Shown here: in pieces, positions 1 through 13,845 of the stretch
Position numbering within the stretch: the stretch's first letter is position 1
How the letters are laid out: every line of letters starts with the position of its first letter
DNA from: Eledone cirrhosa
Taxonomy: Eukaryota
Direction of reading: 5' to 3'
Assembly: GCA_964016885.1 (NCBI GenBank)
Contig: OZ024746.1
Location: 86,180,001-86,244,000 of the forward strand
Length of the DNA stretch: 64,000 nucleotides
Notes under the pieces: model-generated
Databases searched by the model: none
The model's input: the letters and a program-made list of their open reading frames with translations, nothing else
What the model was told of the DNA's origin: nothing
Program-made: the position numbers and the translations under genes

Positions 1-1605
1 TATCAGAAACGCTTCAGGGATTCTCCTCTCTCCAGAGAGGTACATCCTTCCGAGGTAGATAGAATACTTTACTGATCCTCTAAACCCAATCACAACAGTA
101 TCTTCTGATGCCATCGATGAATAATCTCTCGGAGGCTCAGATTACAAGAGCAGTTAAAGAGCTCAAATGTCACAAGGCCACTGGGGAGGATAACATTTGA
201 CCCGCGATGTTAAAAGCCTTAAATAGAGAAGCTATTCTCTGGCCGATTCATGTGTGTCGGGTGACCTGGGTTTCTGGAAAGGCAATCGGAAGTGATAATC
301 CCAATTTTCAAAGATGGAAACGGGAGAGATTGCTCCAATTAGAGAGGGGTCTAATTGTTAAGCCTCCCCAGTAAAGTCTATGCTAAGTGTCCGGCAAAGA
401 GTTGCAGGGAGATTGTAAAGTCCAAGCTAGCTGATGAACAATCAAGTTTTCGTTCCGGACACAGCACAGCCGATCAAATATTCACACTGCGGTAGGACTT
501 TGAGAAATCGTCGGAGTACAGCCAATAGGTGTATTCTTGCTTTGTAGACCTCTAAAAGGCATATGACCGTGTTTCACAGGACCTGATGTGGAAGACTGTG
601 CAGGAGTAAGGGATCGATGGTCAGCTTCTCGTTGCCCTGATGTCTCTATATGGATGCCCGAGTAATTGTGTTCAGATAAACGGTGCTAACTAGAAACCAT
701 TCAATGTGAGAGTCTGACTCCGCCAAGGGTGCATACTTTCACCCCTCCTGTTCCTTATTTTCATGAACAGGATTAATACGCGCTGCCGGCTTGGAAGCGG
801 TATCACGACTGACGGGTGTAAGATCAGTTGACTGGAATTTGAGGACGACATGTTTTTACTTAACTCGACAGATGATGATCTCCGACTTGCACTTGATACG
901 TTTTCTGTCGAGTGCTGAATGGTTGGAATGAAAATTAGTGCTGCGAAGACTGAGACATTCGTCCTCTCATGGAAGCCTGCGTAGTGCAACTCTACCTGAG
1001 AATGGAGTTCCACTGAAGCAGGTAAAGAAGTTGAAGTTGAAGTTGAAGTTGAAGTTCAAATTCAAGGCAAGAGGCTGAATTAAGTATTAGAATTGCAGGA
1101 GCTGGTGCAGTAATGCTGGTTCAGCATTCGGTAATCAGAAGAAGGAAGGTAGGTGTAAAAGCCAAACTCGCTACCTTAAAATCAATATTCGTGCCAAAGT
1201 CATGAATCTTGGGTAATGACCAAAATAATATGATCGCGAATACAAATGGCCTAAATGGGATTACTCCGAAGGGTCTATGGAGTAACATTACTCGATAGAG
1301 CGCATAACTTGGAGATCAGAGAGCCACTCCGGGTAGAGCCGCTACATCTCCGAATTGAGAGATCACAGCTCTGATATTACGGACATGTCTCAGGAAAGAA
1401 TCGCTGGACAGAATTTACGGGCAAAATCAACGATAGAAGACCCAGGAGTAGACCCCGAGCAAGATGGTTGGATAGCATCCGTGAGCTTGGCAGGTCTCAC
1501 TTTGGGATCCAGCCGGATCAGCTGGAGACGGTTGTTTCTGACAGGACTCGCTGGAAGCAGTGTTTGAGGACTCTACCTCGACGACCCTCTCAGGAATTAG
1601 TGAGC
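1..1605 (+). mobile_element. Decayed RTE-clade LINE, RT and 3' end (many stops/frameshifts)
   Basis: Broken-frame RT motifs: KATGEDNI, FVDL*KAYDRV, LRQGCILSPLLF, FEDD (from FADD), QL*YYGH, RPRARWLDSI; ends in a (GAA)n tail. Confidence 0.85.
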
Positions 1606-1673
1606 GAAGAAGAAGAAGAAGAAGAAGAAGAAGAAGAAGAAGAAGAAGAAGAAGAAGAAGAAGAAGAAGAAGA
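1606..1673 (+). repeat. (GAA)n 3' tail of the RTE element
   Basis: Pure GAA run directly after the RTE 3' end. Confidence 0.9.
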
Positions 1674-2129
1674 CTATAAATCGTTTTCTGTGATAAGAGA
1701 GCATTAACTTCTATGAAAAAGATAATAAATGTATACAACTACTATTAAGTGACATAGTTAATTAATTACAGAAAGGTTAATATATAAATTACAATAACAT
1801 AAACGGAGAGGTCAAACATGTAACAAAGAAGATTAAATTAGATAAGAAAATAGACTGCCTAGCTGAACTAGAATCTTGGCTATCTTTAAAGGACCAAAAG
1901 GTAAACTTCTCAAATAACACTAATTCTAGATTAATAAATCTAATGAAAATAGAGAGAGTGGGTTGATAATCAGGGATATATTAAGATGGGCAACACTAGT
2001 GTTGTATATTTCAGCAGTAATATAATATGGTTCAACAGTAGTATAGTATAGTTTAACAAATAGGATAAACAGGGCTAGTAAGCCCCAGAGGACATTAAGC
2101 TCCACCACACTACAAATGCATTATAAATA

Positions 2130-2677
2130 CAGGGTGTTTCAAAAAGAACGACCCAATTTTAAACAGCTATATTTATTACAAAAAACGCTTTACAGTAATG
2201 GAACAAAGTTCAAAATACTAACAAAAATATAAAGTTTCAAAAGCATTCTCACAAATGCTCAATGTGTCCTCCACTAGCTGCACGGACATCAAGACGATAT
2301 CTAAATTCGTCCCACACACCTCGCAAGGTATCTTCTTCGATTGAAGCTACTGCTACTGCTATCCTGCCTTTAAGCTCATCGAGGTTACTAGCTAAGGGAG
2401 GAACAAAAACAAGTTCCTTAACGTATCCCCATAAGAAGAAGTCTCAGGGTGTCATGTCTGGAGATCTTGGAGTATACGAGTGTAAGGCCTTGACTCGAAA
2501 TCCCGCATGACCTATCCAGCGTTGTGGAAGGATGTCATTGAGGAAACTCCGCACTTCCTTGTGCGGTGGCGGTGTTCCGTCTTGCTGGAATATGAACTTG
2601 TCTGAGTCTGCATTCCATTACTGTAAAGCGTTTTTGCGTAATAAATATAGCTGGGTTATTCTTTTTGAAACGCCCTG
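2130..2677 (-). mobile_element. Internally deleted Tc1/mariner-superfamily DNA transposon
   Basis: TIRs CAGGGTGTTTCAAAAAGAA / TTCTTTTTGAAACGCCCTG, TA on both sides; minus-strand transposase remnants FIFQQDGTPP and PRSPDMTP*DFFLWGYVK. Confidence 0.9.
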
Positions 2678-2944
2678 TATTATGGTGGAGATTAATTCCC
2701 CCTGGGACTTACTACCCCGTTCGCCCTATATGTTAGCTCTGAATGTGTATTTAAGATACAACTCATATTCTCTTTTATTCTTTTCATAATCATCATCATC
2801 GTCCAGCGCCCAACGCTAACATGGGGTAAACGGGTTGTCCCATTAGAGGAAAGCCGGGTCAGGTGACCATGTCTTGCTCATATAGAACTGTTTCTGGTTT
2901 GGTTTCTACGACTGGATGCCCTTCCTAACGCTATCCACATTTAC

Positions 2945-3165
2945 TGTGTGTGCTGGGAGCTTTTTGTCGTGATTCCTACGCGACTACTTTACAATGTGGG
3001 CTGGGTGGTTTTTTGTCGTGACTCCTCCACGACCACTTTACAGTGTGGGCTAGGTGCTTTTTGTCGTGTCACCTACACGACTACTTTAAAGTGTGGGCTA
3101 AGTGCTTTTTGTCGTGTCACCTATACCACTACTTTACAATGTGGGCTGGGTGCTTTTTGTCGTCA
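2945..3165. repeat. ~48-bp tandem repeat, ~4.5 copies
   Basis: TTGTCGTG...CGACTACTTTACAATGTGGGCTGGGTGC unit; GTCGT at 2966, 3015, 3063, 3111, 3159. Confidence 0.85.
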
Positions 3166-3280
3166 CCTACACGTTACAGTGTTTCAATCATTAGACTGCG
3201 GTCATGTTGGAGCATCACATAGAAAAAGGTTTTGTAGAGTATATTGACCCCAATACTTTATTTTTCGTGTCTGGTGTTTA

Positions 3281-3478
3281 CGAGGGTCGACTGAGAAGTT
3301 CATAGGCTGACTATGAAGGGTTGATGCTACTGTTGTGAAATCTTGTACGCATTAATTTCAACTCTTCTTATTAATAACTGCATTGTTTCTTTCCAGAGAC
3401 TATGTTGAAAAATTAATCTCACTTGGTCATTCCATGAGAGCACCTTGGTCAGCCTATGAACTTTTCTGTCGACCGTCG
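3281..3478. mobile_element. Mariner-type MITE
   Basis: ~30-bp imperfect TIRs CGAGGGTCGACTGAGAAGTTCATAGGCTGAC / GTCAGCCTATGAACTTTTCTGTCGACCGTCG, flanked by TA. Confidence 0.85.
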
Positions 3479-3674
3479 TATTTCATCAAACTGATTTGTC
3501 GAATCGCTAAGTTACGGGAGAGAAACAGAGACAAAAACAAACACAAGTACGAACACGCATGCGCATATTTACACACAAACAGACTCTTGCACCCACCCCT
3601 ACCCCCGCGCACACGCACGCACACACACACACACATACACACGTACGCACACAGACATAAACACACACACACAA

Positions 3675-3747
<73 letters not shown>

Positions 3748-4231
3748 TAATTACCACTGGCTTCTGCAAATTTTACGCTAGGTATTAGTTAAACCGTGGT
3801 TATGTGGTTATGTTAGAAGACACATTCTTAAGATGTCACACAATCGAAATAAACTGGAAACCACGTGGCTGCAAAGCAAACGCCTTAACCAAACAAACAT
3901 GCTTGCGCCTACACATAAAATTACATCTTGCTTCCCTTTCTCCCCAAAATATAAAGACCACCAACATCATTCACCATGAGTATAAAGTTTCTTTCATTCA
4001 ATATTTTACATGTGATTTTATTGTATTTTATATAGATATTTGATACAAACATTACACATTTTTAATTTCTTGGATATCATTTTACAATTAGAAACCAATA
4101 AATGTATCCATTTAGGAAGCAAAATGAAATATAGATTTAAAATATCCCCACATACTATCAAAAATAATTTAGTGTAGAGTTATATGATAAATAACCATTT
4201 TGATGAAACAGCCTTTAGGATAATGTAGCGG

Positions 4232-4249
4232 TACTACTACTACTACTGG

Positions 4250-4280
<31 letters not shown>

Positions 4281-4298
4281 GCTACTGCTGCTGCTGCT

Positions 4299-4354
<56 letters not shown>

Positions 4355-4421
4355 GTTGCTGTTGCTATTGCTATTATTACTACTACTACTACTACTATTG
4401 CTGCTGCTGCTGCTGCTACTG

Positions 4422-4474
<53 letters not shown>

Positions 4475-4500
4475 GCTGCTGCTGCTATTGCTCTACTGCT
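4232..4500. repeat. (TAC)n/(TGC)n compound microsatellite
   Basis: Direct reading. Confidence 0.9.
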
Positions 4501-4509
4501 AATAATAAT

Positions 4510-5165
4510 AATGATTTCATTTATTGGCCACAAGGGCCGACATATAGGGGACAATACAAAAGACTGGGACAGTGGGGTTTTACAGAAAAATCGAGTAAAC
4601 AATATGAATAACAATAACAAAGTAACAATAAAAATACAACAAGAAAAATTACCCAATAGAGGGGGATGACTACCCAGGGTTCGCTCAAGTACCCCACCAA
4701 TCCTGAACGACCCGATGCTTCGAGAGCACCAGGGAAGGGCACCCCTCTCCTCCTCAAATTTACCCACATACACACGCATGATCAGAGTAGGCCCACTCAC
4801 ACGGGCCATTCTCGCCACATTCACCCACCTTTCAGCAAATGTCCTGAAACGTTGATGAGGGATTGGCCGAAGGGAAAAGTGTCTGTCTTCAGTCCGTTCA
4901 ACCTAGTCCACCATACAACCTCTTTCGCTATTGCCACCAGACAGAGGAGAATTGCTTGCCCTTCCTGGCCAGAAGAAGGCGGCAGGTCGATTTTCACTGT
5001 GGACTCGGCCGATAGCCGGATCCGTTCTACACGCGACAACAGCTGTTCAACATAACTCCACAAGTCAGAAATGCACGGACACTGGACTAGTGTCTGCAGA
5101 CGGTTTCATCGCTCTGCACGCATCTCTGGCAGGTCCGTCTGACAGCATTTCCGTGGCACTTTAAA
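4510..5165 (-). mobile_element. 3' end of an L1/Tx1-like LINE (ORF2 C-terminus and 3' UTR)
   Basis: Minus strand TCQRCVQSDETV..LVQCPCISDLWSYVEQLL (C-terminal Cys-rich motif), KEVVWWTR, AERWVNVARMARV; AATAAA followed by (ATT)n. Confidence 0.7.
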
Positions 5166-5239
5166 TATGCCGAAGCCAAAAATATCTCCCTATTTCTTAA
5201 TCTATTTACTTCGTGCTATGAAGGCGGTCAATTCTTCGT

Positions 5240-5588
5240 TATTGCTTCTTACTGTATATGGTGTAACACCATATACAGTAAGAAGCATTTGCTATGGTTC
5301 TGCTGTGGTTGAGTTGTTTGCTGTAGTTTATTTTGTTGCGCTGCTGGTAGTAGAGGTGGTAATGTTGATGGATGTGGCATTTGAATTGTTGTGGATGTGT
5401 TTGTTGTGTGAGAAGTGTCTCCATTTTCTGTTGTATGTGTTGTTTGTGATGCCAAATGGTTATATTTTTGTTTTTTATTTTGGTTTTTGGGGTCCACTTT
5501 GAGTTGTATGTGTTTCGCATGTTAGTGGGAGAGTGTTTACGTTTGTGTGGGTGTTTATGTGTGCTTTTGTGTTTAGATGAGAGAGAGA

Positions 5589-5669
<81 letters not shown>

Positions 5670-5835
5670 AAAGTTTTTCTGACAGAACCCTGGGTGGTTT
5701 TGTTGTAGTCGGTTGTTGGTGATGATGGAGGTGTTCTGTGGCTGCTGTTGATATTGTAGTTGTTTTTTTTTCTGCTGTTGGTACTACCACTTCAATATTT
5801 GGTTTTGTTGCTAGGTTTGGTGTACATGGGATACT
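5240..5835 (-). mobile_element. Possible remnant of the distal ORF1 of a Tx1-like LINE
   Basis: EVVVPTAEK...TAATEH resembles EVATPATK...TAMEH in ORF1 at 61198-63009; similar T/N/Q-rich composition. Confidence 0.35.
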
Positions 5836-5849
5836 TAAGCACGAGCATC

Positions 5850-5985
5850 ACGGATGTGGTTTTTTGATCATGCTAGGGACTTGCCCATGGCCAGCCATTC
5901 CATGCATGGCAACAAATGTCGCATATCAAGCGATAACTGTGTTCGAAGCTTTTTTAAGTGAGGAAAAGCTTTATACGGGACCAAT
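5850..5985 (+). pseudogene. Remnant of a Penelope-like GIY-YIG domain N-terminus
   Basis: GCGF..GTCPWPAIPCMATNVAYQAITV..EKLYTG parallels GCNCR..NCPLKGNCLVNNIVYKCNV..SYIG of the intact ORF. Confidence 0.5.
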
Positions 5986-6008
5986 CCTACTCTCTGAACA
6001 TTGAATGC

Positions 6009-6129
6009 ATTTCCCAAAAGAAGGACTGTTCTACATCATTGGATGCAAACGAAGTCGCAGCTTTTATATCAGAGTGACCTTCTCCTAGAGAGATGACTTA
6101 ATGAAGACTAAGAGTCACACACACACACG

Positions 6130-6173
<44 letters not shown>

Positions 6174-6289
6174 GTGTGTGTGTGTGACTCTTAGTCTTCA
6201 TTAAGTCATCTCTCTAGGAGAAGGTCACTCTGATATAAAAGCTGCGACTTCGTTTGCATCCAATGATGTAGAACAGTCCTTCTTTTGGG

Positions 6290-6293
<4 letters not shown>
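6009..6293. repeat. Perfect inverted repeat, ~124-bp arms around a (TA)n loop
   Basis: 6009-6133 is the reverse complement of 6169-6293. Confidence 0.9.
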
Positions 6294-6368
<75 letters not shown>

Positions 6369-7108
6369 GATAGGGGGGAAGAAAAAATGGCTTCACTTGT
6401 GCTTTCAACAAATTTATTTTCTTCACAAAATCCAAAAAGAATTTTTCTTAAAAAAAAATTATTTTATAAATTAAGTTGTTGGTTGTTGGTTAGGTCTTAG
6501 GAGTTCTTGGTTAACGTAGGAGGCATTGTTTCGTTTTTAGAAAGACCTTTCACGCTGAGGTACGCTTGTCAAACTCATGTGTATGTGGTGTGTTGTTCTA
6601 TATATAGGGATTTAACATGTCTGTGGTGTGGTGGGGGTTTCTTTTCTCCCTCTTTAATAAGTGCATGGGTGTAGGTGTGTGAAAAAGTGTTCATAGCAGT
6701 AATGAGTTGAGACGGTGAGTAGGGTTGGGTGGGGAGAAATGTAGCAAGTGTGGCCTGCCCCGGTCATTCTCGAAAAATTCCTTTATTCAGGGGAAAAAGC
6801 TTTTAGCATTGCTTTTGTGTTGAGAATGGTCACGGGCAAATCGCACCTGTCAAGTTTGTGAATAATTATTTTTTTCTTTCTTTACTGAAGAATTTTTCTA
6901 CGTCCATCCCAAAGTTAGTCCTTTGCTCAACACACACATATGTGTGCATATACGTACATACACACACGGGCATATGTAGGAATATATAGGCACACACCAT
7001 CAATCACACACCCATGTACAAATACATACACAAAAACATATAGAGACACATATAAAAACACACATACACATACGTACACACACGAATATGTACTCATACC
7101 TCCACATG

Positions 7109-7150
<42 letters not shown>

Positions 7151-7163
7151 TATATATACACAT

Positions 7164-7212
<49 letters not shown>

Positions 7213-7226
7213 CATATACACATACA

Positions 7227-7276
<50 letters not shown>

Positions 7277-7301
7277 CACACACACATATATATATATATA
7301 T

Positions 7302-8274
7302 AGGAATTTGCAGAGTTGATCACGTAAATTCACATGGAAGTCTATAGTATCGAATCTGGGATAACCTTCTATTTTCTTTTTCTTTTTCTTTTTTCTTTTT
7401 TCTTTTTTTCTTTTTTCATGAAAGTGCATATATACTTATGTATTTCAATTTTTTTTTTTTTTTTTTTTTTGAAGTTTTTTATCTCAGTTTTTTATCTCAG
7501 TTTTTTTTTATCTCAGTTTTTTACCTCAACTCTGATATAAACCTAGGAATTTTAAACTAGACATATGATCATTATTTTTCACACATTATTGATACGTGTC
7601 TCATTCATGAATACTGATATTTACATTATAATACCTAATTCATACGAATTGATATTTTTACATTGATGAAACAATGTTTTAAATCTGCCTCGTTTATGTC
7701 TGGATATTTTTCTTTTCTCTCTATGTAACGGCTGTTTTCTCTCCTAACCACATATATCTCTCTCTACCTTAATACTAGAACTAAATAAATAAATATATCA
7801 TTGATACGTCATTCAACTGGTGCCCAACTACCTATTTTCTTTCTCTCTATCTCTATCTATATCTATCTCTCTCTATTTTTTTTCTCTCTCTCTCTTCTCT
7901 CTCTCTCTCTCTATCTATCTCCCTCTGTGTTTTTTCTCTCTCTATCTATCTCTCTCTGTTTCTTTACATGAATTTCTTCTCTCTATCTATCTCTCTATAT
8001 CTATCTCTCTCTATTTAGTTGCATGCATTTCTTCTTTTTCTTCGCTTTTTTTCTTTCTTTCTTTTTATAACTGTCCCTAACATTTTTCACTACCAAATCA
8101 ACTTTTTAAATGGAAGTTGAAGTCGTAAGGTATGTCAAATCTATCTATTTATAAGACTGTTTATATTGTATTTTGTCTGAAGAAGGCATACCATATTTTT
8201 AATATGATATCCCTGAAATATATATAATGAAATAAATATGGTTTTATAAATATAGTTTCCATTTATTTAATATC

Positions 8275-8275
<1 letters not shown>
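7302..8275 (+). mobile_element. PLE-like 3' fragment nested in a (TA)n tract of the fold-back left arm
   Basis: Absent from the mirrored right arm; ends with a hammerhead; 3' end matches 11522-11595. Confidence 0.7.
8169..8234 (+). ncRNA. Type I hammerhead ribozyme
   Basis: TATTTTGT-CTGAAGA-AGGCATACCATATT(TTT)AATATGATATCCCT-GAAA-T(ATAT)A-TA-ATGAAATA; all three stems pair. Confidence 0.75.
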
Positions 8276-8364
<89 letters not shown>

Positions 8365-8704
8365 CATATATACATACATATACATACATACACACACATA
8401 CATATACACACATAAAGATACATAACTAAATATACATATATACACATACACGCACACGTACACACACACACACACACACACGCGCACGTGTATGCACACA
8501 CACACACACACACACACATATACATATGTCCGTATATATACCCCTCCGTTCACACATACATGCATACATACACACACATATACACACATACATCCATATA
8601 TACATATACACATATAAAGAGAGAGGCATACATATACATATATGTATGGATGTGTGTATATTTGTATGTGTGTGTGTATATATATATGTATATGTATATG
8701 TATG

Positions 8705-8783
<79 letters not shown>

Positions 8784-8826
8784 ATATATGTGTATATGTA
8801 CATGTATGTATGTGTATGTTTGTATA

Positions 8827-8881
<55 letters not shown>

Positions 8882-9176
8882 ATAGATATGTATGTTTATG
8901 TGTGTGTGTATATATGTGTATGTACCTATATATATGTGTGTGTGTGTGTATGTATGTGTATATATGTATATATGTGTGTACATATGTGTATGTTTCTGTT
9001 TGTGTATATGTATGTATGTAGATGTATGTGTATATATATGTATATATATGTATATGTATGTGTATGTGTATATGTGTCTTTATGTGCTCTTATACGCACA
9101 TATATATATATGTATGTGTGTATGTGTGTATGTATGTGTGTGTATGTGTATATATATGTATATATATATGTATGTA

Positions 9177-9237
<61 letters not shown>

Positions 9238-9314
9238 GTACATGTATGTGTATGTATGTATGTGTGTATGTGTGTATTTGTATGTGTATGTGTATGTGCA
9301 TGTGTATGTATGTG

Positions 9315-9367
<53 letters not shown>

Positions 9368-9481
9368 ATATGTATGTGTATATATATGTATATGGATATG
9401 TATGTATGTGTATATGTATGTGTATATGTGTGTATGTGTCTGTGTGTATTTATGTGTACATATGTGTATATGTATGTGTAT

Positions 9482-9537
<56 letters not shown>

Positions 9538-9664
9538 GTATGTATGTGTGTGTGTGTATATGCCTCTCTCTTTATATGTGTATATGCATATATGGATGTA
9601 TGTGTGTATATGTGTGTGTATGTATGCATGTATGTGTGAACGGAGGGGTATATATACGGACATA

Positions 9665-9695
<31 letters not shown>

Positions 9696-9705
9696 ATACA
9701 CGTGC

Positions 9706-9736
<31 letters not shown>

Positions 9737-9826
9737 CGTGTATGTGTATATATGTATATTTAGTTATGTATCTTTATGTGTGTATATGTATGTGTGTGTA
9801 TGTATGTATATGTATGTATATATGTA

Positions 9827-9917
<91 letters not shown>

Positions 9918-9950
9918 GTGTGTGTGTGTATGCGTGTGTATGTGTATATG

Positions 9951-10017
<67 letters not shown>

Positions 10018-10839
10018 ATGTGTATATATATGTGTGTGTATATATATATATATATATATACCCATGTGGAGGTATGAGTACATATTCGTGTGTGTACGTA
10101 TGTGTATGTGTGTTTTTATATGTGTCTCTATATGTTTTTGTGTATGTATTTGTACATGGGTGTGTGATTGATGGTGTGTGCCTATATATTCCTACATATG
10201 CCCGTGTGTGTATGTACGTATATGCACACATATGTGTGTGTTGAGCAAAGGACTAACTTTGGGATGGACGTAGAAAAATTCTTCAGGAAAGAAAGAAAAA
10301 AATTATTATTCACAAACTTGACAGGTGCGATTTGCCCGTGACCATTCTCAACACAAAAGCAATGCTAAAAGCTTTTTCCCCTGAATAAAGGAATTTTTCG
10401 AGAATGACCGGGGCAGGCCGCACTTGCTACATTTCTCCCCACCCAACCCTACTCACCGTCTCAACTCATTACTGCTATGAACACTTTTTCAACACACCTA
10501 CACCCATGCACTTATTAAAGAGGGAGAAAAGAAACCCCCACCACACCACAGACATGTTAAATCCCTATATATAGAACAACACACCACATACACATGAGTT
10601 TGACAAGCGCACCTCAGCGTGAAAGGTCTTTCTAAAAACGAAACAATGCCTCCTACGTTAACCAAGAACTCCTAAGACCTAACCAACAACCAACAACTTC
10701 ATTTATAAAATAATTTTTTTTAAGAAAAATTCTTTTGGGATTTTGTGAAGAAAATAAATTTGTTGAAAGCACAAGTGAAGCCATTTTTTCTTCCCCCCTA
10801 TCTTAATATACCTAACTGTACCAAGGATTACACACATTT

Positions 10840-10907
<68 letters not shown>

Positions 10908-10912
<5 letters not shown>

Positions 10913-11407
10913 TTAAAACAATGAAATAAAAAATCAAGTCATTAGAGATATTCTTCACTGCTTTATGATCGTTTCTAGGTGATGATAATACATTGTAGCT
11001 AAACTTCGTTATTGATCTATGTAAGGTTAGTTACAAAATATCAGATAAAGAGAATATTTACTTACATGTATATCACCAGCTGTTTTTAAAAGCATTGCTT
11101 TTGACACAGTGATATGCATGGTGATATGCATGTAAGTAAATATTCTCTTTATCTGAACCTTACATAAATCAATAACGAAGTATATCTACAATGTATTATC
11201 ATCACCTAGAAACGATCGTAAAGCAGTGAAGTATATCTCTAATGACTTGATTTTTTATTTCATTGTTTTAACTTATATCATGACTCTGTTTTCCTTTTCA
11301 TGTTTTATTGTTTTCCGGGATTTATCTTAACCTACAACATTTTTAACATATGGATTACATTGAGTTCTTCATGCAGAATAGACCCCACAACTTACCGTGG
11401 ATATCTG
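10908..11407 (+). mobile_element. Truncated fold-back copy related to the main Naiad-like element
   Basis: Arms ~10908-11079 / 11120-11277, tail 11278-11407. Shares CCTAGAAACGATCGT.AA..AGTGAA, TGACTCTGT and TACATTGAGTTCTTCAT with 51241-51412. Confidence 0.75.
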
Positions 11408-11433
11408 TGTGTGTATATATATATATATATATA

Positions 11434-11682
11434 TACAATATTAAATAAATGGAAACTATATTTATAAAACCATATTTATTTCATTATATATATTTCAGGG
11501 ATAACATATTAACAATATGCTATGTTATCCCTGAAATATATATAATGAAATAAATATGGTTTTATAAATATAGTTTCCATTTATTTAATATTGTAAATAT
11601 ACTCCAAATATTTGTCGAGTGCTTTTATATCAGTTATAAATATTTACTAGTTGTAACACAACAATTTAAATATAACTTTCCA
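11434..11682 (+). mobile_element. Short fold-back with tail, same family as 7302-8275
   Basis: Arms 11434-11510 / 11522-11595 contain CCCTGAAATATATATAATGAAATA (hammerhead 3' half). Confidence 0.75.
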
Positions 11683-11713
<31 letters not shown>

Positions 11714-11813
11714 GCATATATATATAAACTATCTGTCTCTCTCTCTCTCTATATATATATATATAAATATATATATATATACACATATATATATATATAC
11801 ACACACACATATA

Positions 11814-11846
<33 letters not shown>

Positions 11847-12007
11847 ATCCCGAGTTCAATCGGGGGTAACCACAGTAAGGTACTCAATACATAGCAGAGT
11901 ATAAATATTTAATATAGAAATAGCTACTAAAGGACTAGAACTGTTTCATTCGAAGGAAATCATCAGTGATTTCCTTCGAATCAAGTGGTTCTAGTTCTGT
12001 AGAAGCC

Positions 12008-12008
<1 letters not shown>
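11847..12008 (-). mobile_element. Degenerate fold-back, same family as 19600-19805
   Basis: Minus strand CTGATGA-TTTCCTTCGAAT-GAAACAGTTCTAG; tail GGTAACCACAGTAAGGTACTCAATAC shared with 19620-19650. Confidence 0.65.
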
Positions 12009-12101
<93 letters not shown>

Positions 12102-12104
<3 letters not shown>

Positions 12105-12728
12105 ATCCACAAGAATCAAAGCTATGTTCAAAGCATTTATTCATTTACAATTGTTTCATCCAAACCTAGGCTTGGAGTCTTCGGACCATTTTTCAATGTT
12201 TGTACATAAAATTGACCTCCTATCCAACGCAAGGGACATACAGATACATATATATATATTGATGTACAGTGGAGAGTGATATATACTATACTATACTATA
12301 CTATCTGCCGAATGTATTTTAATTTTGATTTTGATTTTGATTTTGATTTTGAATTTGATGAATTGCTGTACAAAGATAGTATAGTATAATATATATCACT
12401 CTCCACTGTACATCAATATATATATATGTATCTGTATGTCTCTTGCGTTGGATAGGAGGTCAATTATATGTACAAACATTGAAAAATGGTCCGAAGACTC
12501 CAAGCCTAGATTTGGATGAAACAATTGTAAGTGAATAAATGCTTTCAACATAGCTTTGATTCTTATGGATTCTATATAACTGCTCTGTAGAACAACTGAT
12601 GTTATTACATTGAGCTATTTATCTTACTGGTAATAAGGTAGTAATAAATTACTGACCTTCACTGTTTAGGGTTTAAAATATACATAACTATAAAAAGTTT
12701 AAAATATACATAACCGTAAATAGTATCC

Positions 12729-12730
<2 letters not shown>
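12102..12730 (+). mobile_element. Fold-back (arms ~12102-12300 / 12375-12572) with tail and hammerhead-like core
   Basis: CCGAAGA-CTCCAAG..TTTGGAT-GAAAC(AATT)GTA; stem I does not pair well; TA flanks. Confidence 0.65.
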
Positions 12731-12813
<83 letters not shown>

Positions 12814-12818
<5 letters not shown>

Positions 12819-13308
12819 CAAGAAGATTGACATGGTTCGCTATACAATAAGGGCTTTATTCACATGGCTGACAATTGTTTCTTTGATCTGGCAGGTCTAG
12901 AGTTCGCTATACGCCTGATTTTGCGCCAATCGATCTCCAATACTTTGTTTATAACCAGTCTGTTTTTTTCACCCGCTCCGATGAAACAGACTGGTTATAA
13001 ACAAAGTATTGGAGATCGATTGGCGCAAAATCAGGCGTATAGCGAACTCTAGACCTGCCAGATCAAAGGAACAATTGTCAGCCATGTGAATAAAGCCCTT
13101 ATTGTATAGCGAACCATGTCAATCTTCTTTCTTGAATTATTATTACTCCAAGTATAAACTACATAGAAATCACCTCGGACTCGCAGCATCACTATGGAAA
13201 CGTCTTGTTGAGTCAAACTAAGCCACACGTTAATACTATCCACTACACGAACTACGCCAACTGGACTACATCTAGGTGGACTGCCATAACGATATCCTGT
13301 TATCCCGT
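12814..13308 (+). mobile_element. Fold-back (arms ~12814-12965 / 12983-13140) with tail
   Basis: Near-perfect inverted repeat containing GAAAC(AATT)GTC; TA flanks. Confidence 0.65.
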
Positions 13309-13664
13309 ATATATATATATATTTCCTTTCTGTGACACACACAGAAACAAAATGGCGTAGGACAGAAGAAAGGAAAGGCACAGAAACAAAGAAAGCAATC
13401 CCCAGTCACTGAAGAGGTCACAGAGTGTGTGACGAAAGGACTATGACTATATATAAACAACTATCTGGTTGTGGAACCAACCAACCAGAAATTTATAAAT
13501 TTGTAGATTTGTAAATTTATAAATTTATAAATATATAATAAATTGAAGTGAAAGCAACTGGTGCGTGTGTTTCTTATTGGCAACATGACCCTCCCAAAGT
13601 ATAACAATATATATATATTTTTTTCTTTTATCGACAGTCGATCGACTTTCGTCAAATCGAACCG

Positions 13665-13845
13665 AGGAAACACTGTTTCCATTGGTCTTTCCAATTGCTA
13701 ATACTATCTATCGGCCGCAACTCCAGGTAGATGGAACAAACGTGAAATAAAGTGTCTTGCTCAAGGACATAACGCATCAACCGGTCCGGGAATCGAACTC
13801 ACAACCTCACAATTGCGAATCCAATTCTCTAACCACTCAGCCACA
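13665..13845 (-). mobile_element. tRNA-derived SINE, family B
   Basis: Minus strand TGGCTGAGTGGTTAG (A box), GAGTTCGATTCC (B box), TGTCCTTGAGCAAGACACT; matches 54650-54838. Confidence 0.75.

Larger units (their letters stand above)
6361..10843 (+). mobile_element. Large fold-back insertion (arms ~1.25 kb, short tail 10811-10843), probable PLE 3' region
   Basis: 6361-7300 plus 8280-8630 mirror 9560-10810 with few substitutions; TA flanks. Confidence 0.75.

Noticed and set aside
6927-10244. Long YI/CV/HT-rich ORFs here and throughout the window
   Set aside because: Translations of dinucleotide repeats
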